From Eledone cirrhosa (lineage: Eukaryota), in the NCBI GenBank assembly GCA_964016885.1, contig OZ024749.1, positions 46,314,001 through 46,378,000 of the forward strand: a DNA stretch of 64,000 nt, written 5' to 3'. A program made the translations under genes and the position numbers. The notes beneath the pieces are model-generated. The model was not told the origin of the DNA. It made no database searches and was given only the letters and a program-made list of their open reading frames with translations. This document shows positions 1 to 14,005 of this stretch, in pieces. Numbering within the stretch: position 1 is the first letter of the stretch; each line of letters opens with the position of its first letter.

Positions 1-136
1 ATACAATATGTAGTTAGTTAATCCTTCTCCTATTATTTTTTATTATCATTATTGTTATTGTTGTTCTGTTTGTTAGAGTCATTCTCGTTGCCGTTGTTGT
101 TATTGCTGCTACTGTTGGATTTATTGTTATTTTTAC

Positions 137-188
<52 letters not shown>

Positions 189-201
189 GTTGTTGTTGTT
201 G

Positions 202-245
<44 letters not shown>

Positions 246-499
246 TTATTTTATTTTTATTATTATTATTATTGTTATTTTAGTTGTTGTTGTTGTTGTT
301 GTTGTTGTTGTTGCTGCTGCTGTTTTTGTTATTATTATCACAATTGTTTTGTTGAGGTGTCCTGGTCGTGTGTAATATATTTTGTATATTTTGTTATTAT
401 TGTTATTATTTGTTTTGTTAAAATAAAAATATAGTATTTTTTTTTCTCTCTCTGCTATTGTCAATACACCTATTACATGACTGCTCGTGGTATATATAC

Positions 500-1249
<750 letters not shown>

Positions 1250-2228
1250 GAGAGCGAGCGATCAAGAGATAAAACGTGAGAGAGGGAGTGATGTGGAATT
1301 CACATAGACCATTGGTGGGAGGGAGGGAAGAGGGAAGAAAGAAAGAATGAAAGGAAGGAAAAGAGAGACTTAGAAAGAACATGAGGGAAAGGTTGAAAAG
1401 TTCTAAAGAGAGATGCAGGGGACATAGAGATGGAGAAAAAACATGTGTGACAGAGAGAATAACTAGGGAGTCGCAAGCAGAATCATACATATACATATAT
1501 ATAGTTGGTGAAACTCTCTAGGAAAGTTATCTTCTCTTGTTGATCTTTTTTGGAAATTCTTAACATTTATGTCTTTTATTTTCTTCTTGTTGTTGTTATT
1601 GCTGTAGCTGTTACTGTTGCTGTTGTTGTTGTTGTCGATGTTACTGTTGTGTTGTTGTTGTTGTTGTTGTTTTTCATTGTGTTATTTTTCTGTAAGCATT
1701 GTCTGATACTATAGTTCGTATGACAACAACGTCAACGAACCACCAAAAGACCAAAAGATTGCTTGAATCATGGAAAATGAACAATTGTCACACATCAAAG
1801 CTAAAGGAAAAGATCGAACTCGGGACTTCTGAAATACCTTTCATGGCTTGTATGATTTTAAAAAAAAAAAAAATAATAATAATAATAATAAAATAAAATA
1901 TAAATAAAGAAATAAAAAAAAAGAAGATGAAGAGCGATATTTAAAAAAAAAAAAAAAAAAGCAACCAATAGATATACAAAAAGACCCACAGAAACAATAA
2001 CAACTACTACAACAAAGTTCAGTAACAACCACGAACACAAAGAAGAAAAACGAAGGCTAAAAGAATGGAAAACAATGGAGCCATAGAAAGTTGTTTTTAC
2101 CATTCCTTATTTGCTGGACTTTCAGACTTTTCATGCCACTCAAGAAGTACCTTTTGAACTTTCTACTCGAATCAGTTTCTCCTGTTTTGGAGATAATTAG
2201 AGATTTGCCGAAACTTATGCTATGTGGT

Positions 2229-2298
<70 letters not shown>

Positions 2299-2569
2299 TA
2301 ATATATATATTCTAATATATATATATATATATATATATTCTAATATATATATATATATATGCATATATATATATAAATATATATATATTAATATATATAT
2401 ATATAAATATATATATATATTAATATATATATATATATATGCATATATATATATATATATATATATATACAGTACACATACATACACAAATATATATATA
2501 CGAATGTATATGTATCAATACCGTAAAACACAGACGCAATATATGATCGTGCGTGTGTATGTGTGTGTG

Positions 2570-2609
<40 letters not shown>

Positions 2610-2926
2610 TTCGTGTGCAAACAAGTAAAAACAATAATATGAACGAGGTGTCAAATTTTCAATAGGTTTATTGACGTGTGACGCGCGTTTCGCGATTGAT
2701 CAGCTCAAGGTTCGATCTATATCGATCGGGTCCTACTCCCTAATGAAAAGCTTATCAGACATCTGTTAGCTCAATGATGAAATGATTCCCGAACAGCGTT
2801 AAGATCTTGCAATTGATCAGAAATAGTTGGGCCCCGACTCTTTCTAATATAGCAATATTCTAGTATCCCAAACATCGTATACGCTGAATGGTCTGAATAG
2901 TTTAAAGACTGGATCTATACTGATAT

Positions 2927-3063
<137 letters not shown>

Positions 3064-3166
3064 CGTGTGTGTGTGTGTGTATATGTCTGGAACTAGCTGT
3101 TGAAGCGGTAACAGCTTAGCCGTTACCGGGGTCTCGACTCTTTATAATATACATATATATATAAAG

Positions 3167-4029
3167 GTATGTATACGTACATACATATATGTATACAGAC
3201 GTACAGTAGTATGTATATATATACTTACATGCACACATATATATATATATGTACGTATGGATTTACCGAACATTTATTATAATGCTCGACGTATATACAT
3301 AGCTAATAAGCTTGAAACTAGTACATCGTTCCTTTGTCAGTGTTGAACAAAAGGGCAACGATGGTTGCTAAACACTGTACGGCTTAATTCGGGATGTTTG
3401 TTTACAAACAAACCGAGCCTTATAATAAATGTTCGGTAAATCCATACGTACATATATATATGTGTGCATGTATGTATATATATACATACTACTGTACGTC
3501 TGTATACATATATGTATGTACGTATACATACTTATATTTAAGTAACAGCCGTACTAAGAGTGAGATGTGAAATTTCGATTCATTTTTTCCATTTATCGTT
3601 TTCGGTGCACCCGACCGATTAACTCACTCGATATGCAAATTAGGCTACTCAGCCGTTATTATGCATAAGGAAAGTATATACTTTCAGACGTTCAATCATC
3701 TGGCAGGAAGGTTTACGGTGCTGACGATAGCTAATACGCTTGAAACTATACATCGTTCCTTTGTCAGTGTTGAACAAAAGGGCAACGATGGTTGCTAAAC
3801 ACTGTACGGCTTAATTCGGGATGTTTGTTTACAAAGAAACCGAGCATTATAATAAATGTTCGGTAAATCCATACGTACATATATATATATATGTGTGTGC
3901 ATGTATGTATATATATACATACTACTGTATGTCTGTATACATATATGTATGTACGTATACATACTTATATTTAAGTAATAACCGTACTAAGAGTGAGAAA
4001 TGAAATTTCGTTTCATTTTTTCCATTTAT
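3167..4029 (+). mobile_element. Penelope-like element relic: about 295-bp direct repeats (3299-3597, 3727-4029) preceded by an inverted partial copy (3167-3288)
   Basis: Near-identical direct repeats plus an inverted segment, a hammerhead core at 3721, and (TA)n flanks. The terminal sequence recurs at 36452-36491. Confidence 0.6.
3716..3755 (+). ncRNA. Minimal type-I hammerhead ribozyme motif
   Basis: CGGTG-CTGACGA-T-AGC-TAATAC-GCT-T-GAAAC-TA(G)TA-CATCG, with stem I CGGTG/CATCG. The sister copy at 3314-3328 has the palindromic stem III ACTAGT and a GTA site. Confidence 0.6.
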
Positions 4030-4062
4030 ATATATATTTATATATTTATATATATATATATT

Positions 4063-4116
<54 letters not shown>

Positions 4117-4919
4117 TATATATATATTTATATATATATATATATATATATATTTCAAATTTCATACATGGACACATAAAGCAAAATCATATTAATGCAT
4201 ACATTATGGCTACATACGTACATCCAACCATCCATACATACGTACAAACAAACATACATACATATACACATGCGTATATAAATACATACAGATAAATTCA
4301 TACATGCACATATATATATACAACATATTCTAGACACAACCAACACTGGAAGACAATTATTGTCGCAAATACACACGCATATTACCAAACGTATATAGAA
4401 ACCCAAACAATTTCATACATCCATACACATACATACACATACATACTCTCACCTATAATCATACATGAATAAATACACAGATTTAAGTACGCAACATACA
4501 CATACACACAACTATAACCACATGCATAGATACACACACATATAAACAAAGCAATATATCCAAACCACATTTATTTACAGCCTGACAGCCTGCCGGTTAT
4601 TCCTGTGTTGTCATGCGCTCTGGGGACGGAAGTAATATCTTTATACAACATAACAATAAACTTGTTTTTCGTACAAAAGTTACCTTCAGAATTTCAAAAT
4701 CAATTCATGAAAAATTTTAAACTAATTTACAAATAGCTGTAGATTTGATTCAATTAATATTGCTGTAACGTTTATTTAATTGCCGTGGCGAAGTTGTTAT
4801 TAATATTTCTATATATGTGTATGTTTTTTTTCCCCCAAAATTTATTGTCAATTTAATTCAAACTGATGCCGACAGAGACGAAAAATTTGATAGTTTTCAT
4901 GACAACATCAACAATGAAG

Positions 4920-5081
4920 GTGGCGTTGGTGGTGGTGGTGGTGGTGGTGGTGTGGTGTGGTGTGGTGTGGTGTCGGTGGGGGTATTGGTGGTGTTGGTGA
5001 TGGTAGTGGTGTTGGTGGTGTTGGTGGTACTCTTGGGTGGTAGTGCTGTCGGTGGTATTGGTGGTGTTGTTGTGGTGGTGG

Positions 5082-5112
<31 letters not shown>

Positions 5113-5734
5113 GTGGTGTGGTGTCGGTGGTGGTATTGGTGGGGGTTGATGGTAGTGGTGGTGTTGGTGGCGTTGGTGGTGCTCTTGGTGGTAGTGCTGT
5201 CGGTGGTATTGGTGGTGTTGTTGTGGTGGTGTTGGTGGTGGTGGTGGTGTGGTGTCGGTGGTGGTATTGGTCGGGTTGGTGGTAGTGGTGGTGTTGGTGG
5301 TGTTGGTGATGGTTTTGGTGGTAGTGCTGTCGATGGTATTGGTGGTGTTGTTGTGGTGGTGGTGGTGGTGGTGTTGGTGGTAGTGCTGTCGGTGGTATTG
5401 GTGGTGTTGTTGTGGTGGTGGTGGTGGTGTGGTGTCGGTGGTAGTGGTGGTAGTGGTGTTGGTGGTGGTGGTGGTGCTCTTAGTGGTAGTGCTGTCGGTG
5501 GTATTGGTGGTGTTGTTGTGGTGGTGGTGTTGGTGGTAGTGGTGTTGGTGGTGGTAGTGGTGTTGGTGCTGCTGCTGTTGGTGGTAGTGGTATTGTTGAT
5601 GGTGTTGGTGGTAGTGGTGTTGGTGCTGCTGCTGTTGGTGGTAGTGGTTTTGTTGTTGTTGATGATAATGGTGGTGTTTTTGGTGGTGGTGTTGGTGGTG
5701 TTGGTGGTGTTTGTGGTGCTCTTGGTGGTAGTCG

Positions 5735-5765
<31 letters not shown>
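4920..5765. repeat. GGT-rich minisatellite
   Basis: Recurring ggtggtagtgctgtcggtggtattggtggtgttgttgtgg blocks. Confidence 0.85.
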
Positions 5766-5855
5766 CATGATGGTAATGATAATGATGATTGATGATGATG
5801 ATGAATACCACGACGAAGAAGACGACGTTGATTATTAATTATTATGATTATGTAA

Positions 5856-6043
5856 GGGCGGTGGATTGGCAGTATCGGTAGAGGGTCGGACGCCATGCTT
5901 TCCAGCATAGTTACGTCCCTTTACGATCTGAGTTCAAATCCCGCCGAGGTTAACTTTGCCTTTCATTCTTACCAGGTCGATAAAATAAAGTACCAGTAAT
6001 GCACTGGTGAATTGCTGGCCTTGTGCCTAAAGTAGAAACAATT
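5856..6043 (+). mobile_element. tRNA-derived SINE, family A (about 190 bp)
   Basis: A-box-like tggcagtatcgg, B-box gagttcaaatcc, central gcctttcat.ctt...ggtcgataaaataaagtaccag. Flanking duplication attatgattatgta. Confidence 0.85.
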
Positions 6044-6137
6044 ATGATTATGTAGTTGATGATGAAGATGATGATAATTATGAGGTTGACGTTGACGTCG
6101 ATGCTGTTTATGAAGTTAATAATGCTGCTGCTGCTGT

Positions 6138-6184
<47 letters not shown>

Positions 6185-6432
6185 TTAACAATAATACTGA
6201 CGCCAATGATGATGATGATGTTAACAATAATAATGACGCCAATGATGATGATGATAATGATGATAATGATGACAATTCATGATGATAATAGTAATGATGA
6301 TGATGATGATGGTGATGGTAACGATGATTCTGATGACAATGATGATGATAGTAGTAATGATGATGATTATGATGATGATGATGATGATGATGATGATGTT
6401 AACGGTGATAATAATGACGATCATCATGATAG

Positions 6433-6619
6433 AAATAATTGTTTCTACTTTAGGCACAAGGCCAGCAACTACCCAGTGCCTCACTGGTACTTTATTTTAT
6501 CGACCCCGTAAGGATGAAAGGCAAAGTCAACCTCGGCGGGATTTGAACTCAGATCGTAAAGGGACGTAACTATGCTAGAAAGCATGGCGTCCGACCCTCT
6601 ACCGATACTACCAATCCGA
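6433..6619 (-). mobile_element. SINE family A
   Basis: Reverse complement of the 5856 copy. Confidence 0.85.
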
Positions 6620-7007
6620 TAGAAATAATGACGATGATTATGATAGTTAAGCTAATTAATATGATGAGAATGATAATTATGTTTGTGCTTCCTCTAAGTT
6701 GCAGACTAAATAATGATAACAATAATAATATTGATGAAGAAAAACTAGCATTGTGCTTAATAGTTGTGTTGTTTCTTCTACATTATAATTGGTGTTGCTG
6801 TTGTTGTTGTTATAATTTTCATTATTATTTCATACAAGCATTGTAAATTAGATGGTTTCCTCAAGACAGAGACAGGAAACAATGCGTTAAAATTTACACA
6901 TACATATACATACGTACATACACCAACACACACACACACATTCTAACATGCAAGCATACACAGACACACACATATAAACAAGTATCGAGTACTCTGTTGA
7001 ATAATAA

Positions 7008-7143
7008 GTGTTTCTACTTTAGGCACAATGCCAGCAAGTACCCAGTGCATTACTGGTACTTTTATTTTATCGACCCCGTAAGGATGAAAGGCAAATTCAA
7101 CCTCGGCGGGATTTGAACTCAGATCGTAAAGGGACGTAACTAT
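7008..7143 (-). mobile_element. SINE family A, 5' truncated
   Basis: Flanked by the TSD tactctgttgaataataa. Confidence 0.85.
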
Positions 7144-7210
7144 ACTCTGTTGAATAATAATGGTCTAACCAAATTGAAACTGAATCCATCCTGATTTATA
7201 TATATATATG

Positions 7211-7314
<104 letters not shown>

Positions 7315-7747
7315 CATATATATATATTGTTATACTTTGGGAAGGTCATGTTGCCAATAAGAAACACACGCACCAGTCGCTTTCACTTCAAATTATTATA
7401 ATAAATTTATAAATTTAGGAATTTATAAATTTCTGGTTGGTTGGTTGGTTCCACAACCAGATGATTGTTTATATATTGTCAAAGTTCTTTCGTCACACAT
7501 TCTGTGACCTCTTCAGTGACTGGGAATTCTTTTCTTTGTTTTTGTGCCTCTCCTTTGTTCTGTCGTACGCCATCTTGTTTTTATGTGTGTTGTGTGCTTA
7601 TTTTGCTCATGTGTTACATCCGGGTGACTGTGTGTGTTTATATTTGTTTATTTATTGTTTATTTACATGTTACTGGTTAGTTGTTTACTCTATGTGCGTG
7701 TGTGCTTTCATTTTGTCCTTGATTGTAAGTTGTGATGTTGCTGTATA

Positions 7748-7893
<146 letters not shown>

Positions 7894-7976
7894 ATTATAA
7901 TAAATTTGAAGACTAAAATCCAAAGAGGGCTCGATAAGGATAAATATATATCAAATATATAAGAACCGTAGAGCAA

Positions 7977-8113
7977 ATATTTATTAAAATAACAGATTAA
8001 AGTTTAAGCAAAGAATCGCTGCTTTCACCCTTAACGGGGTCTTCTGAAGATCCCGTTAAGGGTGAAAGCAACGATTCTTTGCTTAAACTTTAATCTGTTA
8101 TTTTAATAAATAT
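7977..8113. repeat. Fold-back palindrome, 68-bp arms, 2 mismatches
   Basis: Centre at 8045. One arm recurs unpaired at 61077-61131. Confidence 0.9.
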
Positions 8114-8897
8114 ATATATATTTAAAAAAATAGATGTGTGGTACACGAGTTGTGATATGTTAGTAAAAAGGAAAAGAAGATGCTGTCAAATTTTTCCCAG
8201 TGAAAAATACTTTAATTAGGAATAAGTATAAGTATAAGTATTAGTTAGTATTCAGTTTTAGTTTTAAGTTTTTAACGGTTGCGCATTTCCTATGCTTTTC
8301 AAAAATAATTTTTGAGATAGTTTGTTCGTCATTTTTGCTCAAAAAATCACGAGCACTCTAACTGAATCCCATTTTGAGAATGTTGATGAATTACTTAAAC
8401 AAAAATACTTACGTTGTCTCATGTATGAAGGCGTTCGTTGTGACGTTCTCTGGTGTGTGGTGTGTGTGTGGGGGTGGGTATGATTGCGGGCATGTTTTTA
8501 TAAATATGTGTTTCTGTATTGACTTCCCGTAATACCGACTCTCCATTGATTCATATAATAAAAATACAACCTATAATTGTAAGTGTTGTAATACCTTGAA
8601 TTTAGTGCAAATTATTTTGTTCAAAAGCGAATGTCATTCAGAATACATATATCAAAATATTTTTTATGTAAAATATATTGATTCAGCTAGAACTAAGTCA
8701 AATATAAACATGCAAATTTAGAACTTTATTATTATCAAGTTATATATTTAAAAAATAAAACACACAGACAGAAACTATACTCCATACAGTAAAGATAGAA
8801 AGATAGATAAATAGGTAGATAGATATATAGCTGAATAGACGTTAGGTAGATAGATAGATAGCTAGATTGATACATAAATAGGTAGATAGATAAATAG

Positions 8898-11024
8898 ATA
8901 TATTTCTTTTATTTGCCACTAGGGCATCAAAAGTGGGAAAAGTACAAAGGGGGGAGTTTACACAAAAAGGCGTCCTCAATAAGGAGGAGGCAATAACAAA
9001 ATATAAAAATAAAATAAGATATAACAAAAAATAAAATTTTTAACAAAATCCTCAATAGAGAGGAGGCGCCTTGGGGGGTCGCACACACCCCCGAAAAAAG
9101 TGTGCAACCCTTCTCCTCAGGAGCACAGAGAAGGGGTGCTCCCTTGGTCTTTCATCTTCCTCACCTATAGTCTGATGTAGAGTGAAGGCCCATTCACACG
9201 GGCCATTCTCGCCACTTTCACCCATCTTTCATAGAAACTGCTAGGGTGCAGCACCTCTCTCTCCATCCTGATCCTTCTTCCGAAATGATATCGGAAGAAA
9301 CGGACCAGTTGTTGGCCAGAGAGAAAGGTGCCCGACCTCAGTCCTTTCAGACGCGTCCACCATACAACCTCTTTCGCCATGGCTATTACGCACAGAAACA
9401 CCGCCTCTGCTTCATCTTTGAAGGGGGGAGGCGGCTTGATCATTACAATAGACTCGGTGGTCAACCGGATCGGTCCCACCCTTGACAGCAGTTGTTCGAC
9501 ATAGCCCCACAGATCGGCTACGCCCGAGCAGTGTACTAATGCGTGTGCAACGGTTTCCTCGTCGCACACGCATCTGGGACAGATCTTTTTGGCGGGGTCC
9601 CTACCCGGGCGCCCGTGTCTGTAGAGCCTTTCTCGAACGGGTAAAGCCCCTCGGTAGCACTGCCAGGCCAGGGACTTCTGGAAGTTGTCCATAGGTCCCG
9701 GGCTGAATGTCCTACCGAACAGGCTGGCCAGTTCGTCCTCCTCCATGTCTAGGGCTTCTCCGAGGGCGTCGTCGCACCTGCTGCGTACCAGCCCTCTATA
9801 GAATGTTGCGGTGGAGTCTCCACTGATAACCGGATCCGCCTGCCAGAGGGCGGTGAGCGCCTGGGCACACTCAGTGTGCCAGGCGCCCAGTTTTCTCGGT
9901 CTTTGCTTGACCCAGGATTGCAGCTCGGTGAGTGAGACGAGTCTGGGAAAGGTTCGTCTCACAAACGAGGCCCACACCGGTTGTCCGATGAGGAATACGT
10001 AGAGGTGCCGTAGCCTTAATGCGTGTTTACGCATCATTAGCCACGGCATCCCCAGCCCTCCTTTCGAAGGGTGTTGACAGCAGATGGATCTCCTCACCAT
10101 AGGAGCCCGCCTCTTCCAAAGGAATTGGAAGAGCGCGCGCTCCATCTTGGTGAGGGTTTCCCTTGGGCAGGGCACTACGGTCAGGCGGTAGTAGATGACG
10201 GACGCTATGTAGGTGTTCGCCACCTCCGCCCGACCTTTCAGGGATAGTTTGCAACTGGCCCACTTCTGGGTCAGTGCAAACACCCTGTTCGTAACCTCCG
10301 CCCAGTTTTTCTCCACCTGGAGGTCCGGTCCGAACCAGACCCCGAGCAACTTCACCGGGCCCTCCGTCCAGCGTCCGACGACGCTATCGGAGGGCATCGG
10401 TCTGCCCCTCCACGTGCCGAGTTGCAAACCGATCGACTTGTCCCGGTTCAGCTTAGCCCCTGTGAACTTTTCGTACTCCTCCAGTAAGGTGCCGACCGCC
10501 TCGATTTCGGAGGCCGTCGACACCATTACTGTCACGTCATCGGCGTAGGCCGACACCGCTTTCCGCAATCCCGGTTCCAAAGGGATGCCCTGCAACAACT
10601 CCAACTTCCGCAGTAGTGGCTCGAGAGTCAACACATACAGAAGGGAGGAGAGAGGGCACCCTTGTCGGATGGACCGCGCGATTTTGAACGGCTCCGAGAG
10701 GTAGCCGTTCACCTTGACCCTAGAGCAGATGCGGCTGCTGTGCATAGCAGTGATCCAGCCCCTGAAAACGGGTCCGAAGCCTGCCGCCGCTAGCACCGCA
10801 TCCAGGTAACCATGGTCGACCCTATCGAACGCCTTAGATTGATCCAAGTTGATCAGAGCCCCACCAAAGCCGGGTTCGTTCCCAACCCTCTCTATGATGT
10901 ATCGCATGAGGTGGAGGTTGTCATGGATGGACCTGGACGGGATAGCGCATGTCTGCGCATCTCCCACCAGGTTGCCCACGACAAGCGCCAACCTCTTTGC
11001 TAGCACCTTGGCCAAAATCTGTAA
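8898..11024 (-). mobile_element. 5'-truncated Tx1-like (L1 group) non-LTR retrotransposon with 3'UTR
   Basis: GC-rich island containing the RT ORF. The 3'UTR ends GGCAAATAAAAGAAA followed by TATC repeats, and both junctions abut (GATA)n. Confidence 0.85.
9165..11015 (-). CDS. Reverse transcriptase (partial ORF2) of the Tx1-like LINE
   Basis: 616-codon open frame with LDQSKAFDRV, RQGCPLS, YADDV, KLLGVWF, KGGLGMP and a C-terminal CPRC-x8-H-x4-C knuckle. No endonuclease domain or true ATG (5' truncated). Confidence 0.92.
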   Translation of the reverse strand: MAKVLAKRLALVVGNLVGDAQTCAIPSRSIHDNLHLMRYIIERVGNEPGFGGALINLDQSKAFDRVDHGYLDAVLAAAGFGPVFRGWITAMHSSRICSRVKVNGYLSEPFKIARSIRQGCPLSSLLYVLTLEPLLRKLELLQGIPLEPGLRKAVSAYADDVTVMVSTASEIEAVGTLLEEYEKFTGAKLNRDKSIGLQLGTWRGRPMPSDSVVGRWTEGPVKLLGVWFGPDLQVEKNWAEVTNRVFALTQKWASCKLSLKGRAEVANTYIASVIYYRLTVVPCPRETLTKMERALFQFLWKRRAPMVRRSICCQHPSKGGLGMPWLMMRKHALRLRHLYVFLIGQPVWASFVRRTFPRLVSLTELQSWVKQRPRKLGAWHTECAQALTALWQADPVISGDSTATFYRGLVRSRCDDALGEALDMEEDELASLFGRTFSPGPMDNFQKSLAWQCYRGALPVRERLYRHGRPGRDPAKKICPRCVCDEETVAHALVHCSGVADLWGYVEQLLSRVGPIRLTTESIVMIKPPPPFKDEAEAVFLCVIAMAKEVVWWTRLKGLRSGTFLSGQQLVRFFRYHFGRRIRMEREVLHPSSFYERWVKVARMARVNGPSLYIRL

Positions 11025-11094
11025 CTAGATAGATAAATAGATAGATAGATAAATAGATAGATAGATAGATAGATAGAGACACAGACAAATAAAC

Positions 11095-11139
<45 letters not shown>

Positions 11140-11147
11140 CATAGATA

Positions 11148-11350
11148 ATTTTCTTTTTATTTGCCACCAGGGCATCAAAAAGTGGGACAATTACAATGGG
11201 GGGAGTTTACATAACAAGGCGTCCTCAATAAGGAGGAGGCAATAACAAAATATAAAAATAAAATACAACATAACAAAATAAATTTTAAATATAAAAATAA
11301 AAAATAAAATATAAAAATAAAATACAACATAACAAAATAAATTTTATAAC
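11148..11350 (-). mobile_element. Second, short 3'-end copy of the same Tx1-like LINE
   Basis: Closely matches 8903-9040 (tttatttgccac..gggcatcaaaagtggga..ggggagtttac..aaggcgtcctcaataaggaggaggcaataacaaaatataaaaataaaata). (GATA)n lies on both sides. Confidence 0.85.
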
Positions 11351-11508
11351 ATAGATAGATAGATAGATAGATAGATAGTCAATAATACATATATAGACAG
11401 ATCGATAGATAGATAAATAGAGAAACCCAGGAGAGAGATAGAGTTAGTGCACGTGTGTGTCTGTGAGAGAGAGGGAGGGGGGGAGAGGGGGGAGAGAGAG
11501 AGAGAGAA

Positions 11509-11553
<45 letters not shown>

Positions 11554-12114
11554 CACAGTTAAATAGTCACGAATACATATATAGAGAGATATAGTAATAC
11601 ATCAACATATCGAAATGGTGCCAACAGACTCACAAATATGAAACAAAACAATAAAACAGAGACATACAGAAATATAATATGAATCTTTTGAAAACTATTT
11701 CAATAAAATTATTCAAAATAACGGAATACATTTTTTTAGTATCTCATGTTGGTTTGCATGATTTTGCAAATATGTTGTTGTTGCTCTTGGTATTATTGTT
11801 GGTGGTGGTGTTATTATTGTTGTTCATGATGAAGTTTTTGTTGCTAGTGGTTGAGTTGAGCTGATGGTCGAGGTGGTGATGAAGGTGGTGGTGTTGTTGT
11901 TGAAGGTGGTGGTGGTGGTGGTGGTGGTGGTGGTGGTATGGTCCTTGTGCTATTTGTGTATATTTTATCCGGCATATTTTCCCCAAGGATTTTTATATAA
12001 ATATGAAATACGAAATATTTCTATTTCTCGAATGCTTTTAGAAATATTTATATATATATGTATATATATGCATATATATATATATATATATATGTGTGTA
12101 TATATATATATATG

Positions 12115-12197
<83 letters not shown>

Positions 12198-12620
12198 CTA
12201 TGTTTTATTTACTTAAACGTATATGATATATATACATACATACGTATGTATATATATATATATATATATGCATATATGCATGCATGTATCTATGTGTGTA
12301 TGCATGTTCGAATGTATGTATGCATGTATGTACGTATGTATGTATATATGTATGTACGCATGTATGTATGCACAATTGGCTTGTCTCGTACTCTTAACAG
12401 GCACTGACACAAAAACATAATTGTGGTTTGTATTTATCGAAGTTTATGTGTAAATGTATTTGTCTCCATCTATAATTGTATTTATTTCATACACAAACAC
12501 ACACTCACATTCACATATACAGATGTGCGGACAAACACCCACATGTACACTCACATACATTTAAATATATATGTATATATTTATACATGTAATACATACT
12601 TGCATACTCATATGTATATA

Positions 12621-13641
12621 CAGTGGCGGACGGGGTCTAAAAATATTGGTTGCCAGGAGTTGAAGGGGGCCCACCTACATATAGAATGCTATCATTTAAT
12701 TTTTATAATGAATAAATAACATTTTCGAAAAATACATAAGTGGAAACAAAACAGTGCAATCAAATTTTTGCGGAAAAATATATTATCCACTCCTGGAAAA
12801 AAAAAAAAAAAAAAAATTATGTATTTTGAAAAAATCATGAGACTTTCAATAATGACGCAGAAGTCGACCGTAAATATTACTAATAGCTCTAGGAAAGCCA
12901 TGAACGACACCACATCTTTTTAACTTTGATTTTGAAAGTAGGTTTATAATTATCAATGTTCATTATACCGTCGTAGCCGTCTCGGTGGCCTAGTTGGAAG
13001 AATCATAGACGGTGATGATCCTGGTCTGAAGTTCGATCCTGGTCGGGAATAGGGTTCCCGGTAAAACCTTTACAGTTTTTTTCGATTTGTTGTAAAATGA
13101 AAACTGAAAAATGTTACATATACTTCTTGACCAGGATTGAACCCAAGGACAGGATATTCACAGTGCCTAGTACCTACCGGTACGCCACAGAAACAACTAC
13201 GAAAATCTTATGAAAATTCATACTTATAAAGGTATTTTCAAAACAAAGTTTTGTGGTGTCGTTCATGTCTTTCTTAATGTTATTGCTCCTTCTTAAAGTC
13301 GACTTCTAAATCATTTGGGTGTTACATAAACTACATCCTTATTTGGTTTCTCATCTATCTAGCCTATATTTTAACCAGCAATCCATGTTTCATTTCTGTT
13401 CCATTTCTCTCACTCACTCTCTCTCTCTCTCTTTCTTTCTCTCTGGGATATTTGAATCTACTATGATTTAAATAACATCTTAAATAAATACATAAGTGGA
13501 AACAAAACAGAGCTATCAAATTTTTGCGGAAAAATATCTTACCTTCTCCATAAAAAATATGTATTTTGCGAAATCCAGAGACATTCAATAATGACATTTG
13601 GTCTTTCACATTCACTCTCTCTCTCTTTCTGTCTCCCTCTA

Positions 13642-13688
<47 letters not shown>

Positions 13689-13934
13689 AATGGCTTCTTC
13701 AGGCCTTCCTGAGGATTTCTCCCGAATGAAACAATTCTTGTCCTGTAGAAGCCATTTCTATATTAAATATGTATACTCTGCTATGTATTGAGTACCTTAC
13801 TTATTGTGGTTAACCTCGATTGAACCCGAGATAAACTTATATACACCACCTTCACCCCCAATTGATTTGAGAGATATCTTTAACCCATTGATACCCAATA
13901 TTATTTGGTCAGTAGTTCGTGTATAAGTATATAA

Positions 13935-14005
<71 letters not shown>

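Noticed and set aside
1699-2232. Possible GIY-YIG C-terminal remnants
   Set aside because: Only faint residue-level resemblance, too decayed to support without a profile search.
4817-5838. His/Thr/Pro-rich 240-300 aa ORFs
   Set aside because: Open in several frames on both strands of a GGT minisatellite, with no splice or domain support.
9246-11003. Plus-strand ORFs and a horizontal-transfer reading of the GC-rich island
   Set aside because: The ORFs are antisense shadows of the RT frame, and diverged copies in the same window show a resident LINE family.
12979-13194. Functional tRNA genes
   Set aside because: A and B boxes are present but the anticodon and T stems pair poorly. Treated as tRNA-like relics, and the same applies to the SINE heads.
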